Positions 17,610 through 26,824 of a stretch of DNA of 33,468 bases are shown piece after piece. The notes under the pieces are model-generated. The model made no database searches. It was not told where the DNA came from and saw only the letters and a program-made list of their open reading frames with translations. This stretch comes from Fidelibacterota bacterium (GTDB taxonomy: Bacteria > Fidelibacterota > Marinisomatia > Marinisomatales > JABMOV01), in the NCBI GenBank assembly GCA_046861395.1, contig JBHHUC010000022.1, positions 1 through 33,468 of the forward strand, read 5' to 3'. Within the stretch, counting starts at the first letter, position 1; the number at the start of each line of letters is the position of its first letter. Position numbers and translations under genes: made by a program.

Positions 17610-19022
17610 TTAGAGATTAAAGCAGACGACTTTCGGTTCCGTCATTTCCTCCAGTGCATAGCGAATGCCTTCCCGTCCCAGACCGCTTTTCTTCACACCA
17701 CCGAAGGGCATGAGATCAATCCGGTAATCGGTGGAATCGTTGACCATGACACCACCCACATCCAATTCCCGGATGGCCCGGAAGGCATGATTCAGCTTCT
17801 GCGTGAAAATGGCAGCGTGTAGGCCGTAATCCACGGCATTGGCTCTGGTAATGGCTTCCTCCAGCGACTGGACACGATAGAGACTGACGACCGGGCCGAA
17901 AATTTCCTGACAATCCAGTTTCGCTCCCGACGGCATATTTTCCATGACCGTGGGTTGAACCAGGGAACCTTCCCGAGTTCCGCCGGTGAGACAGATGGCG
18001 CCGCCGGTGACGGCTTCTTCCACCCAGGTGATAACCCGCCGTGCTTCATCTTCGGTGATCATGGGACCCATATCCGTGTTTTCGTCCAGTTGAGGGCCGG
18101 TTTTGTATTGGCGGGTCCGGGTAACAAACGCCTTCTTGAAAGCCGGATAGATGCTTTCTTCTACATAAATACGCTGGACACCGATGCAGTTCTGTCCCAC
18201 GGCCCAGAAAGCGCCCGAGACACAGGATTCCACGGCCCGACCCAGATCACAGTCGGCCAGGACGATGACGGGGGAATTGGATCCCAGTTCCATGCCGATT
18301 TTCTTCAATCCGGCCAGACGTGCAACCCGTTCTCCGGCTGCCACACCACCGGTAAAGGACACCATGCGAATGCGATCATCGGTTACCAGCGTTTCACCGA
18401 TATCGGTTCCATGTCCGGTGATGACACTCAGAATGGGACCGGGTAAGCCGGCCTCCAACAGACATTCGGCCAGTTTCAGAGCGGAAAGGGGAGTAACGGT
18501 GGCCGGTTTTACAATGACGGCATTCCCGCCGGCGATGGCAGGACCGACCTTATGGGCCACCAGATTCAACGGATCATTGAAAGGCGTGATGGCGGTAATG
18601 ATTCCAATGGGAAACCGGTAATAATACCCCACCCGGTTTTCCGATCCTTCGGCACTGTCAAAAGAAATGGTTTCGCCGTTCAGACGGCTTGCTTCTTCCG
18701 CCGAAAGCGTTATCGTATTGATGGCCCGTCCCACTTCTTTCCGGGCTTCACGAATAGTCTTGGATCCCTCGCTGGCAATGGTCCGGGCCAACTCTTCAAA
18801 CCGTTCCTGCATGATGGCTGCCGTTCGCGAAAGAATGGAAATACGTTGATGTACGGGCAGGTCCCTGTTGATGACATATCCTTCCTGGGCCGTTTCGATG
18901 GCCTGCAGCACATCATCCCGGGAGGCTTTGGGAACGGTATCCACCAGGGATTGGTCATAGGGATTAACGACGTCAATGGTCGCTTCTTTTGCAACCCATG
19001 TTCCTCCGATTAACATTTTCAT
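17610..19022 (-). CDS. NAD(P)-dependent aldehyde dehydrogenase
   Basis: ITPFNDP, SFTGG, ELGSNSP (catalytic Glu), GQNC (catalytic Cys), EIFGPV, PFGGVKKSG. Confidence 0.93.
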   Translation of the reverse strand: MKMLIGGTWVAKEATIDVVNPYDQSLVDTVPKASRDDVLQAIETAQEGYVINRDLPVHQRISILSRTAAIMQERFEELARTIASEGSKTIREARKEVGRAINTITLSAEEASRLNGETISFDSAEGSENRVGYYYRFPIGIITAITPFNDPLNLVAHKVGPAIAGGNAVIVKPATVTPLSALKLAECLLEAGLPGPILSVITGHGTDIGETLVTDDRIRMVSFTGGVAAGERVARLAGLKKIGMELGSNSPVIVLADCDLGRAVESCVSGAFWAVGQNCIGVQRIYVEESIYPAFKKAFVTRTRQYKTGPQLDENTDMGPMITEDEARRVITWVEEAVTGGAICLTGGTREGSLVQPTVMENMPSGAKLDCQEIFGPVVSLYRVQSLEEAITRANAVDYGLHAAIFTQKLNHAFRAIRELDVGGVMVNDSTDYRIDLMPFGGVKKSGLGREGIRYALEEMTEPKVVCFNL

Positions 19023-19041
19023 AACAGGGTCCTTTAATTGA

Positions 19042-20217
19042 TTAGGTTAAGGCCTGATTCAGGTCGGAAATCAGATCATCGGCATCTTCACAACCGACGG
19101 AGAGACGGATGAGGCCGTCGGCAATGCCGGCTGCTTCCCGTTCTGCCCGGGGAACCGAAGCATGGGTCATGGAGGCCGGGTGTTGGATCAGGGTTTCAAA
19201 CCCACCCAGGGACACAGCCAAGGTGGCCAGAGAGATGGAATTCATGAGTGCTTCCCCCGCATCATATCCGCCCTTGAGCTCAAAACTGATCATGGCTCCC
19301 GGACCCCGGGACTGTTTCTGTCCCAGATCGTATTGGGGATGAGACGGGAGGCCGGGATAATACACGGTATCCACGGCGGTATGATTATTCAGGAAATCAG
19401 CGATTATTATGGCATTGGCCTGGGCTTTTTCCAGTCGCAGCGCCAGCGTACGTAACCCGCGCAGGACCAGCCAGGCCTGGTGTGGATCCATCGTACCTCC
19501 CAGCAGTCGCAGTGCCGTACGTAATCTTTCCAGCACATCGGCGTCCCGACAAACCATACAGCCGGCCACCACATCGGTGTGCCCATTGATGAATTTTGTC
19601 AGGCTGTGAATGACAATATCGGCACCCAGGTCAAGCGGATTTTGCAGGACCGGACTCAGGAAGGTTGAATCCACGGCCAGGATGGCATCATGCTGCCGAG
19701 CCAGTTCGGAGCAGGCTGCAATGTCCGTGATCTTCAGCGTGGGGTTGGCCGGTGTTTCAATATAGATCAGCCGTGTCTCCGGCTGAAGGGCAGCTTTCAC
19801 GGCCGCCAGGTCGGATGTATCCAGAAACGTGGACCGGATTCCTTTGCGGGAAAATTCCTTTTCCATGACCATGCGGGCCGGACCGTACATACAATCCGAA
19901 CCGATCATGTGATCGCCGGCGTCGAGCAGGGCAAAATACATGGTCGTGATGGCTGCCATTCCGGTGCTGGTGACCAGCGCTCCCGTTCCGTGTTCCAAAT
20001 CAGCCAGGGCGGCTTCCAGCGCAGAAACGGTGGGATTCCCCAATCGGGTATAAATGTAACCGTCTTCCTCCCCGGAAAACCGTTTCCGTCCCTGGGCAGC
20101 GGATTCAAATTGGAAGGTAGATGTCTGATAAATCGGCGGAACTACACTGCCCTGAGGATCGGTGTTCTGTCGTCCGGCATGAATCACGGCGGTATGAGGT
20201 CCATGAGGTTTTTTCAT
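19042..20217 (-). CDS. Cys/Met-metabolism PLP enzyme (methionine/cystathionine gamma-lyase-like)
   Basis: PPIYQTSTF, YTRLGNPT, ETPANPT, HSLTKFINGH (PLP Lys), AVSLGG, HPASMTH, IRLSVG. Confidence 0.9.
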   Translation of the reverse strand: MKKPHGPHTAVIHAGRQNTDPQGSVVPPIYQTSTFQFESAAQGRKRFSGEEDGYIYTRLGNPTVSALEAALADLEHGTGALVTSTGMAAITTMYFALLDAGDHMIGSDCMYGPARMVMEKEFSRKGIRSTFLDTSDLAAVKAALQPETRLIYIETPANPTLKITDIAACSELARQHDAILAVDSTFLSPVLQNPLDLGADIVIHSLTKFINGHTDVVAGCMVCRDADVLERLRTALRLLGGTMDPHQAWLVLRGLRTLALRLEKAQANAIIIADFLNNHTAVDTVYYPGLPSHPQYDLGQKQSRGPGAMISFELKGGYDAGEALMNSISLATLAVSLGGFETLIQHPASMTHASVPRAEREAAGIADGLIRLSVGCEDADDLISDLNQALT

Positions 20218-21263
20218 GAAAAATTCCTTCGTGAATGATGAATGGTTAATAAATCAATGAGAATGGAATAGCCCGTTTCAGTGCTGCCGGCTCCCGGACC
20301 GACAACCGTGATATTACCCAGCAGATCGGTGGTGAATGTAATGGCATTGGTGGCCCCCATGATGCCGGCCAGAGGATGGGTTAACGGCACCATTTCCGGC
20401 CGAACCCAGGCCTCAATCCCGTTGTCTGTCAGGGAAACATTTCCGATCAATTTCCAGCGGGAATTATTTTGTCGGGCCAGGGCAATATCTTCAAGAGTCA
20501 GCCCGGAAATTCCCTCGCATTGTACCTGGTTCAGCTTCAGATTCTGCTGCAGCAATACATTGGCCAGTATTGTGACCTTGGCGCGGGCATCAAACCCTTC
20601 CACATCTCCGGTAGGATCGGCCTCGGCATACCCCAAAGACTGGGCCTTCTGCAATGCATCCTGGTAGGTAACCCCCTTTTCCATTTCGGACAGAATATAA
20701 TTGGTGGTTCCGTTTAGGATTCCCCGGGCGGCAAGTATCCGGTTGCCGGCCAGGGTTTCCCGGGCCAGATTGAGGATGGGTGTTCCGCTCATGACAGTCC
20801 CTTCGATGCCGAACATCCGGTCGTGTTTGCGGGCCAGGGCTATCATGTCGCGATAGGCCAGTGCCGCCGGCCCCTTATTGCTAGTTACGACGTGTTTGCC
20901 GGTCAAAAATGCCGTCTGACAATGCGTAAGGGCCGGTTCTCCCGTCTCCAGATTGGTGTAAGCCAGTTCACAGACTACGTCAGCTTCGGCTTCCCGAATG
21001 GTTGTGACGGCATCCCAGCCGGTGTGACAGTTCCCGCTATCGGGGTATTCATCTAAGGTGACACCATCTTCAACCAACCGTAAAAGAATTCCCGGGTCCA
21101 AACCGGTGGGACAATAGACGGCTCCTTTCATGGCATCACTGACTGCCACGATCGTCGGTTCGTACTGATGGTCGGTTTTCAGATTAGCGGACTTTTCCAG
21201 AAGGATCCGGGCCAGACCCTGACCGACCGTTCCGAATCCGATTAATATTATTTTCTGATGCAT
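20214..21263 (-). CDS. hom: Homoserine dehydrogenase (short form, no ACT domain)
   Basis: IGFGTVG, HVVTSNKGP, GILNGTTNYIL, GYAEADPTGDVEG, GPGAG. Confidence 0.92.
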   Translation of the reverse strand: MHQKIILIGFGTVGQGLARILLEKSANLKTDHQYEPTIVAVSDAMKGAVYCPTGLDPGILLRLVEDGVTLDEYPDSGNCHTGWDAVTTIREAEADVVCELAYTNLETGEPALTHCQTAFLTGKHVVTSNKGPAALAYRDMIALARKHDRMFGIEGTVMSGTPILNLARETLAGNRILAARGILNGTTNYILSEMEKGVTYQDALQKAQSLGYAEADPTGDVEGFDARAKVTILANVLLQQNLKLNQVQCEGISGLTLEDIALARQNNSRWKLIGNVSLTDNGIEAWVRPEMVPLTHPLAGIMGATNAITFTTDLLGNITVVGPGAGSTETGYSILIDLLTIHHSRRNFS

Positions 21264-21275
21264 GATTTGACTTCC

Positions 21276-22688
21276 TTAGATCTTTGCCAGGGCATGATCC
21301 AGTTCACGAATGATGTCGTCCACATGTTCAATACCGACTGACAATCGTACATAATTGGGCAAGATGGAAGCCAGTTTCCGGCCTTCTTCGCCCTGCTGCT
21401 GATGGGTGGAGATGGCAGGGATGGTGGCTACGGTTTTGACCCGTCCCAAGTCGGTGGCCCGCCAGATCATATCCAGGTTATCATAGAAAATGCGCGTATT
21501 TTTGGGTTCCCAGGGATCTTTTTCCTTGACTTCAAATGTCATCATATAGCCATAACAATGTTCCGGTTGACCCGTATCATGCTGACTATCCACCAGTGTT
21601 AGATATTTATCGGCAATGCCATATTGAGCATGGGAGGGTAAACCAGGATAATGAATACTGGCCACGCGAGGATGGTTTTCCAGGAATGTTGCCACCTGCA
21701 GAGCCGACCGGCTCATCTGAGCGGCGCGGGTGCGTAGGGATCGAAGGTCATTGAGAATCAGGATGGCATTGAACGGACTTAGTGCCGGACCATTGTCGCG
21801 ATAGGGCAGCAACTTCAGCCAGGTGGCAAAATCCGCTTTCATTTCATCACTGCCGACTTTACTGACAATATTGGTCTTGGCTGTTACGGTGCCGGCAATT
21901 GAGAAACCACTGGCACACATAATTTTTGAAGCGGACTGAACTACAATGTCGGCTCCGAATTCCAGCGGACGCATGAGGGCCGGCGAGGCGCAAGTGGCAT
22001 CGACAATAAGAGGAATTCCATAGGAATGTGCCAGGGCGGCGACTTTTTCGATATCGAATAAGGCCACGGCGGGATTGGATGGCATTTCGCCGTATAGGAA
22101 ACGTGTGTTTTTATCGATCATCGCTTCCCATTCATTCATGTCAAGATTGTCGGTAACCCAGCGAACCTCGATTCCCCGGTCTCCCATTTGTCTTTCGTTG
22201 AATTGCTGGAAAGTGCCACCATAGACTCGTGAGGTGCTTACGAAATTGGGTTGGGGAAAACGATTATCTTTGATGAGAAAGGGTTCAATGGCAGAGCGGA
22301 TGGCTGACATGCCGCTGGAACAGGCAACACAACCGGTATCAAGACCGCTACCATAGGCTTCCAACAAAGCCACGGTTTCTTCCAGAAAAAAAGTGGATGG
22401 ATTGGCAATTCGGGTATAGGTCCAGGACGGCATCTGGTATGCCAGAGCTACTTCCATTTCATCATAGTTTTCAAAGGCCTGAGCACTACTCATGAATATG
22501 GGCTCAATGATGGAACCGTTATTTAAATGAACGGCCTGTTGTAACTCATAGAGGCCGTGCGTAGCAATTGTGTCGAATTTCCAGTGTTTGGTACGCTGGA
22601 TTCTACGTTTCCGATCGGCAGCGATTTTCTTTCCCTCCTGAACCCATTTCAGTATTCCCTGTCGATGATTTATCGGATTAACGGTCAT
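21276..22688 (-). CDS. Divergent Cys/Met-metabolism PLP enzyme (O-acylhomoserine sulfhydrylase/gamma-lyase-like)
   Basis: YTRIANPS, SSGMSAI, VYGGT, EMPSNP, QSASK (PLP Lys), VRLSVGIE; N-terminal extension of about 35 aa. Confidence 0.85.
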   Translation of the reverse strand: MTVNPINHRQGILKWVQEGKKIAADRKRRIQRTKHWKFDTIATHGLYELQQAVHLNNGSIIEPIFMSSAQAFENYDEMEVALAYQMPSWTYTRIANPSTFFLEETVALLEAYGSGLDTGCVACSSGMSAIRSAIEPFLIKDNRFPQPNFVSTSRVYGGTFQQFNERQMGDRGIEVRWVTDNLDMNEWEAMIDKNTRFLYGEMPSNPAVALFDIEKVAALAHSYGIPLIVDATCASPALMRPLEFGADIVVQSASKIMCASGFSIAGTVTAKTNIVSKVGSDEMKADFATWLKLLPYRDNGPALSPFNAILILNDLRSLRTRAAQMSRSALQVATFLENHPRVASIHYPGLPSHAQYGIADKYLTLVDSQHDTGQPEHCYGYMMTFEVKEKDPWEPKNTRIFYDNLDMIWRATDLGRVKTVATIPAISTHQQQGEEGRKLASILPNYVRLSVGIEHVDDIIRELDHALAKI

Positions 22689-23158
22689 GATTTACCTCCG
22701 TTGATTGGAATTCGAGTTTCCTGTTTCAGGGTAGATAATACAACTAGTGTTTTCAGGTGTTGGACATCCTCCAGGGCCGTGAGTTTATTGACGATGAATG
22801 TTTCATAGGAAGGAATATCCCGGGTGGCGACTTTCAGTAAAAAATCTGCCCCACCCGTAATATGATGACATTCCAGCACTTCCTCTAATTGCGTAATGGA
22901 TGTCATGAACCGCTGTACGGCGCGTGTCCCGTGACGGACCAGTGTTACTTCCACAAAGGAGAAGAAGGGCGTTCCTGCCTTGACCGGATCAAGTAGGGCG
23001 ACATAGCCCTTGATAATTCCGGTCCGTTCCAGTTTTTTTACCCGCTCCAGGGTTGGAGAGGGAGACATATTTACCCGCTTTGCCAGTTCCGCGTTGGTAA
23101 TCCTGCCGTCCGATTGAAGGATGTTTAAAATGTTACGGTCCGTACTGTCAAGTTTCAT
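22685..23158 (-). CDS. Lrp/AsnC-family transcriptional regulator
   Basis: Start MKLDSTDRNILNILQSDGRITNAELAKRVNMSPSPTLERVKKLE; ECHHITGGADFLLKV; AGGA RBS; 4-bp overlap with the downstream gene. Confidence 0.95.
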   Translation of the reverse strand: MKLDSTDRNILNILQSDGRITNAELAKRVNMSPSPTLERVKKLERTGIIKGYVALLDPVKAGTPFFSFVEVTLVRHGTRAVQRFMTSITQLEEVLECHHITGGADFLLKVATRDIPSYETFIVNKLTALEDVQHLKTLVVLSTLKQETRIPINGGKS

Positions 23159-23169
23159 AATGATGTCCT

Positions 23170-23264
23170 GTAATATGTGAATATTACGAAATTTTATGTT
23201 ATAATTCATCAAATTTACAGAATATAATAAGTCTATCTGGCCTATATACTGAGATATTATCCTT
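23170..23264. promoter_or_regulatory. AT-rich divergent regulatory region with candidate Lrp-type boxes
   Basis: Inverted repeat GTAATAT-GTGA-ATATTAC (23170-23187); three partial YAGHAWATTWTDCTR matches at 23185, 23218 and 23250. Confidence 0.4.
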
Positions 23265-23475
23265 TTGTGATGAAACGGATAAAAACGGATTTAAAGGAAA
23301 AAAGTAATTTGAAATTCACTTCATTTCTGATTGACGAGTAGTGATGTATAATTTATGATTTGAACGATTATAAATGGACGTTTAGAAATCGATATTGGAA
23401 ATCCATTTTCCCGTCACCTATCATAAAGTAACCGTTGAGGAACCCATTATAAATCATCCTAATTTCCCGGCTTCT

Positions 23476-24459
23476 ATGACAGATCAATTATTTCCATTAA
23501 CATTACCGGGCGACTACCGTCCCGCTGGGCTTTTCCGCTGGTGTCACTTTAATACGATTTATCCTACACTGCTGCGAAACGTCCCCCTGGAAAACGGCCA
23601 TTCCCTGCAACTGACAACCCCGGACAATGATTTTTTTGATGTCGATATGTTTACACAAGGATTTCAGCGTACCGCTGTATTACTGCATGGACTGGAAGGA
23701 AACGCCCGTTCAACCTACATTCGTGGGTTGACCCACTATCTACTGGCCGACGGCTGGGACGTCGCCGCCATGAATTTTCGCGGTTGCAGCGGTATGATCA
23801 ATCGAACGGCCCGCAGCTATCATAGCGGGTTTACCGAAGACATTACCCTCCTGATAGACCACCTGGCGGAATCCTACCGTCATATCGTCCTGGTTGGATT
23901 CAGTTTGGGAGGGAGTATTGTATTGAATTATCTTGGTCAAACAGGAAACAGGATTCCTACAGCAGTAAGAGCAGGAGCAGTAATATCTACACCCCTGGAT
24001 TTATCGGCCAGCGGCCGCGAACTGGAACGCCTGCGGAATAGAATTTATGTTTGGCGTTTCCTCGCATCGATGAAGCGAAAAGTTGCAGCGAAAGCCCAGG
24101 CCTCACTTCTGCCGGAAGACCTCGACCTGAATCGCATCCAAAAGGCAAAATCGATTCGCGAATTTGATGAATATTTTACCGCTCCTGTACATGGATTCCG
24201 TAATGCCGCAGATTATTATCAACGCTGTAGTGCCCGGCAGTGTCTTTCCCACATAACCCTTCCCCTCCTGATACTCAATGCCAGGGATGATCCTTTTCTT
24301 TCGGATCGGTGTTATCCTCAACCTATATCGCCGCCGGTCCAATGCCTCTATCCGGCGAAAGGAGGCCACGTGGGATTTGCCCGCTGGGGAAATCAACCCT
24401 ATTGGTCGGAGACAATCATAGGGGCTTTTCTATCTAGATCAATGGATCGGATTCCGTGA
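23476..24459 (+). CDS. YheT-family alpha/beta hydrolase
   Basis: HFNTIYP, LHGLEG, NFRGCSG, GFSLGG nucleophile, DDPF, GGHVGF; ATG 23476 preferred over TTG 23395. Confidence 0.9.
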   Translation: MTDQLFPLTLPGDYRPAGLFRWCHFNTIYPTLLRNVPLENGHSLQLTTPDNDFFDVDMFTQGFQRTAVLLHGLEGNARSTYIRGLTHYLLADGWDVAAMNFRGCSGMINRTARSYHSGFTEDITLLIDHLAESYRHIVLVGFSLGGSIVLNYLGQTGNRIPTAVRAGAVISTPLDLSASGRELERLRNRIYVWRFLASMKRKVAAKAQASLLPEDLDLNRIQKAKSIREFDEYFTAPVHGFRNAADYYQRCSARQCLSHITLPLLILNARDDPFLSDRCYPQPISPPVQCLYPAKGGHVGFARWGNQPYWSETIIGAFLSRSMDRIP

Positions 24460-25154
24460 AATTTTCCCAGCCCCTAATAAAAGCGACGTTTATCGATCGT
24501 CCCAACCGCTTCCTGACCCGGGTCAGGATCGGAGAAAATATTGTCACCAGTCATTTGCCGGACCCGGGCCGCTTGGAGGAACTGCTGTTACCGGGAGTAG
24601 AACTACGGGTTCGACGGGAAGGAGGGATAAAGCGTAAAACGAAGTTCACCAACGTCATGGTCAGGTCGGGAACCGTGTGGGTTTCTCTCGTGGCAACGTT
24701 TGCCAATCAACTGGCCCAGGAATGGATTGAAGACGGTCTGATTGCCGGATTAAAAACGGCCCGGATAAAACGTGCTGAAATTCCCTGGGAAAACCACCGC
24801 TTCGACTTTTTACTGGAACGAAATGGGAGCCCGTATTACCTGGAAGTGAAATCCGTTACCTGGGCAGCGAAGGGACAGGCCCGCTTTCCTGACGCCGTTT
24901 CCCAACGGGCAACGGCTCATGTCCGGACCTTGATACAGATGAAATCAAAGGGAATCGGGGCGGGAATATTGTTCATTTGTCAGCGGTCGGATGTGTCATC
25001 ATTTGCGCCTATGGTGGATCGGGATCCAGTGTTTGCCCACACCTTGGCGGAAGCCGTAGCGGCCGGTGTTGACATATTCTGTCAGGCCGGACATGTAACG
25101 GAAGATGGCATCAGGTTTTACCGTCAAATTCCTGTAAATTTGGCCTCATTATGA
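24456..25154 (+). CDS. sfsA: DNA/RNA nuclease SfsA (sugar fermentation stimulation protein)
   Basis: RPNRF, HLPDPGRL, RFDFLL, EVKSVT, FPDAVSQRA. Confidence 0.92.
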   Translation: MKFSQPLIKATFIDRPNRFLTRVRIGENIVTSHLPDPGRLEELLLPGVELRVRREGGIKRKTKFTNVMVRSGTVWVSLVATFANQLAQEWIEDGLIAGLKTARIKRAEIPWENHRFDFLLERNGSPYYLEVKSVTWAAKGQARFPDAVSQRATAHVRTLIQMKSKGIGAGILFICQRSDVSSFAPMVDRDPVFAHTLAEAVAAGVDIFCQAGHVTEDGIRFYRQIPVNLASL

Positions 25155-26821
25155 GAATACCGTCCGTCATAACCGGCACGACTGTTATCCTGATTTTATC
25201 CTTCTGGGGAATGTGGACCATCTGGTCCTGCGCGGCAATTGCTCCCCCGTCCGGCGGTCCCAGGGATGAAGAACCGCCGGTTCTTTTATCCGTTGATCCC
25301 CCTTCCGGGACTGTTCATTTTTCAGGCGGTATCACACGTCTTGTTTTTTCCGAATATATGGCGGAAAAAAGTCTTTCCCGGGCGATTAAGGTTTTTCCCC
25401 GCCTGGCTGAACCGGTAGATGCAATATATAAGGGACGTGAAATCTGGATTAACTGGCCCGTGGCGCTTGATTCCAATCAGACCTATATTTTATCGCTCAG
25501 TCGTGAGCTGACCGACGAACATGAAGTGGCCCTGGCAACTGCACTGCAGTTGGCCTACAGCACCGGTGAAAGCGTGGCGGAAGGAAGTATCGCCGGGCAG
25601 ATCTACGGTGAAGCTTCCGGGGTTAATCTCTGGCGGCTTCGGGATGGCGAAAGAGAAGATTCCGTGTTCTTCCGTTATCCTGATTATACTACGGAAACGG
25701 ATGATGAGGGGTTTTACCGCTTCCGGTTTCTTATTCCGGGACGGTATCAGGTTTTTGCAGTGGAAAAAGCGGGTTTGGGGCAGCCGTTCCAGACCCGACA
25801 ACTTGTGTATGGCCTTCCGGCTGCTTCCCCGTTAACGCTGACTGCGGGGGAATACCGAACAGCTGTCGATATACTTTCCCGTCAGGAAGAAGAACCACTG
25901 CGCGTGAAACAGGGGAAATGGTCCGTCCCTTCGTGGGGCCGGATCGATTTTTCCACTGCCGTGGAAACGGATCGCGAAATCAGTATAAGCGAAGGAGAAA
26001 TTGTAGGGGAAAGTCAACTGGCATTTTATCCTGACCCACTGAATCCCAACACGCTGATTGTTGAATCCCCGGCCGCCACTCCGGGTGCGAACCTGACCAT
26101 CAATATTGTACTCGGGAATAGTAATGACACCACGGCCGATACGACCCGGCTGGCAATAACGATTCCGGCTGAGCCGGATTCTTCCCGCCTGCAATTGGTT
26201 GAACCAAATAAGAGTACGGTTCTGCGGCCGGAAACCATCCGCATCGTGCCCCTGGATATTATTTTTTCCCAACCGGCCATCAACAGTGTCCCGGATTCAT
26301 GGGGTTCCGTCAGGTACGACACGGTTGCCATTGACGGCAAATTAACCTCACTAACGCCCCTGCACTGGCAATTCCTCCCCCGGGAAACCTGGAAATCGAA
26401 TTCGACGTACACGCTCACACTAGATTCGACAGCCTGGCAGGCAAAAAATGGATTTGGGTTTATCAAACCGGACTTACAGCAGACCTTTACCGTCGGTGAT
26501 ATGATTGGTTTTGGTGATATATCCGGCATGATTGAAATGCCGGCGTTACGTCATGCGGCGGTACAGGTTACGGCTGTTGAAAATTCCAGTCTGAACTATG
26601 TATCGGCTGTAAATTCAACGTCTGAATTTCGTTTTACATCGTTGGAAGAAGGAATGTACACGTTGATGGTCTTTGATGATCGTGATGAAAATCTCAGGTA
26701 TTCGTACGGGTCGGTGATCCCATTTCGGACGGCGGAATGGTTTCGTGTTTTACCGGATACGGTGGCCGTCCGTGCCAACTGGGAAATAACATTACATCCC
26801 ATTATGATAGAGGAGGAGTAA
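25151..26821 (+). CDS. Ig-like (Big_5) domain lipoprotein
   Basis: Lipobox IWSC followed by CAAIAPPSGGPRDEEPP; beta-rich repeated modules; C-terminal DDRDENLRY. Confidence 0.75.
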   Translation: MRIPSVITGTTVILILSFWGMWTIWSCAAIAPPSGGPRDEEPPVLLSVDPPSGTVHFSGGITRLVFSEYMAEKSLSRAIKVFPRLAEPVDAIYKGREIWINWPVALDSNQTYILSLSRELTDEHEVALATALQLAYSTGESVAEGSIAGQIYGEASGVNLWRLRDGEREDSVFFRYPDYTTETDDEGFYRFRFLIPGRYQVFAVEKAGLGQPFQTRQLVYGLPAASPLTLTAGEYRTAVDILSRQEEEPLRVKQGKWSVPSWGRIDFSTAVETDREISISEGEIVGESQLAFYPDPLNPNTLIVESPAATPGANLTINIVLGNSNDTTADTTRLAITIPAEPDSSRLQLVEPNKSTVLRPETIRIVPLDIIFSQPAINSVPDSWGSVRYDTVAIDGKLTSLTPLHWQFLPRETWKSNSTYTLTLDSTAWQAKNGFGFIKPDLQQTFTVGDMIGFGDISGMIEMPALRHAAVQVTAVENSSLNYVSAVNSTSEFRFTSLEEGMYTLMVFDDRDENLRYSYGSVIPFRTAEWFRVLPDTVAVRANWEITLHPIMIEEE

Positions 26822-26824
26822 AGC

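Noticed and set aside
23273..23290. Direct repeat AAACGGAT x2
   Set aside because: Only two 8-bp copies in AT-rich DNA; no array or further support
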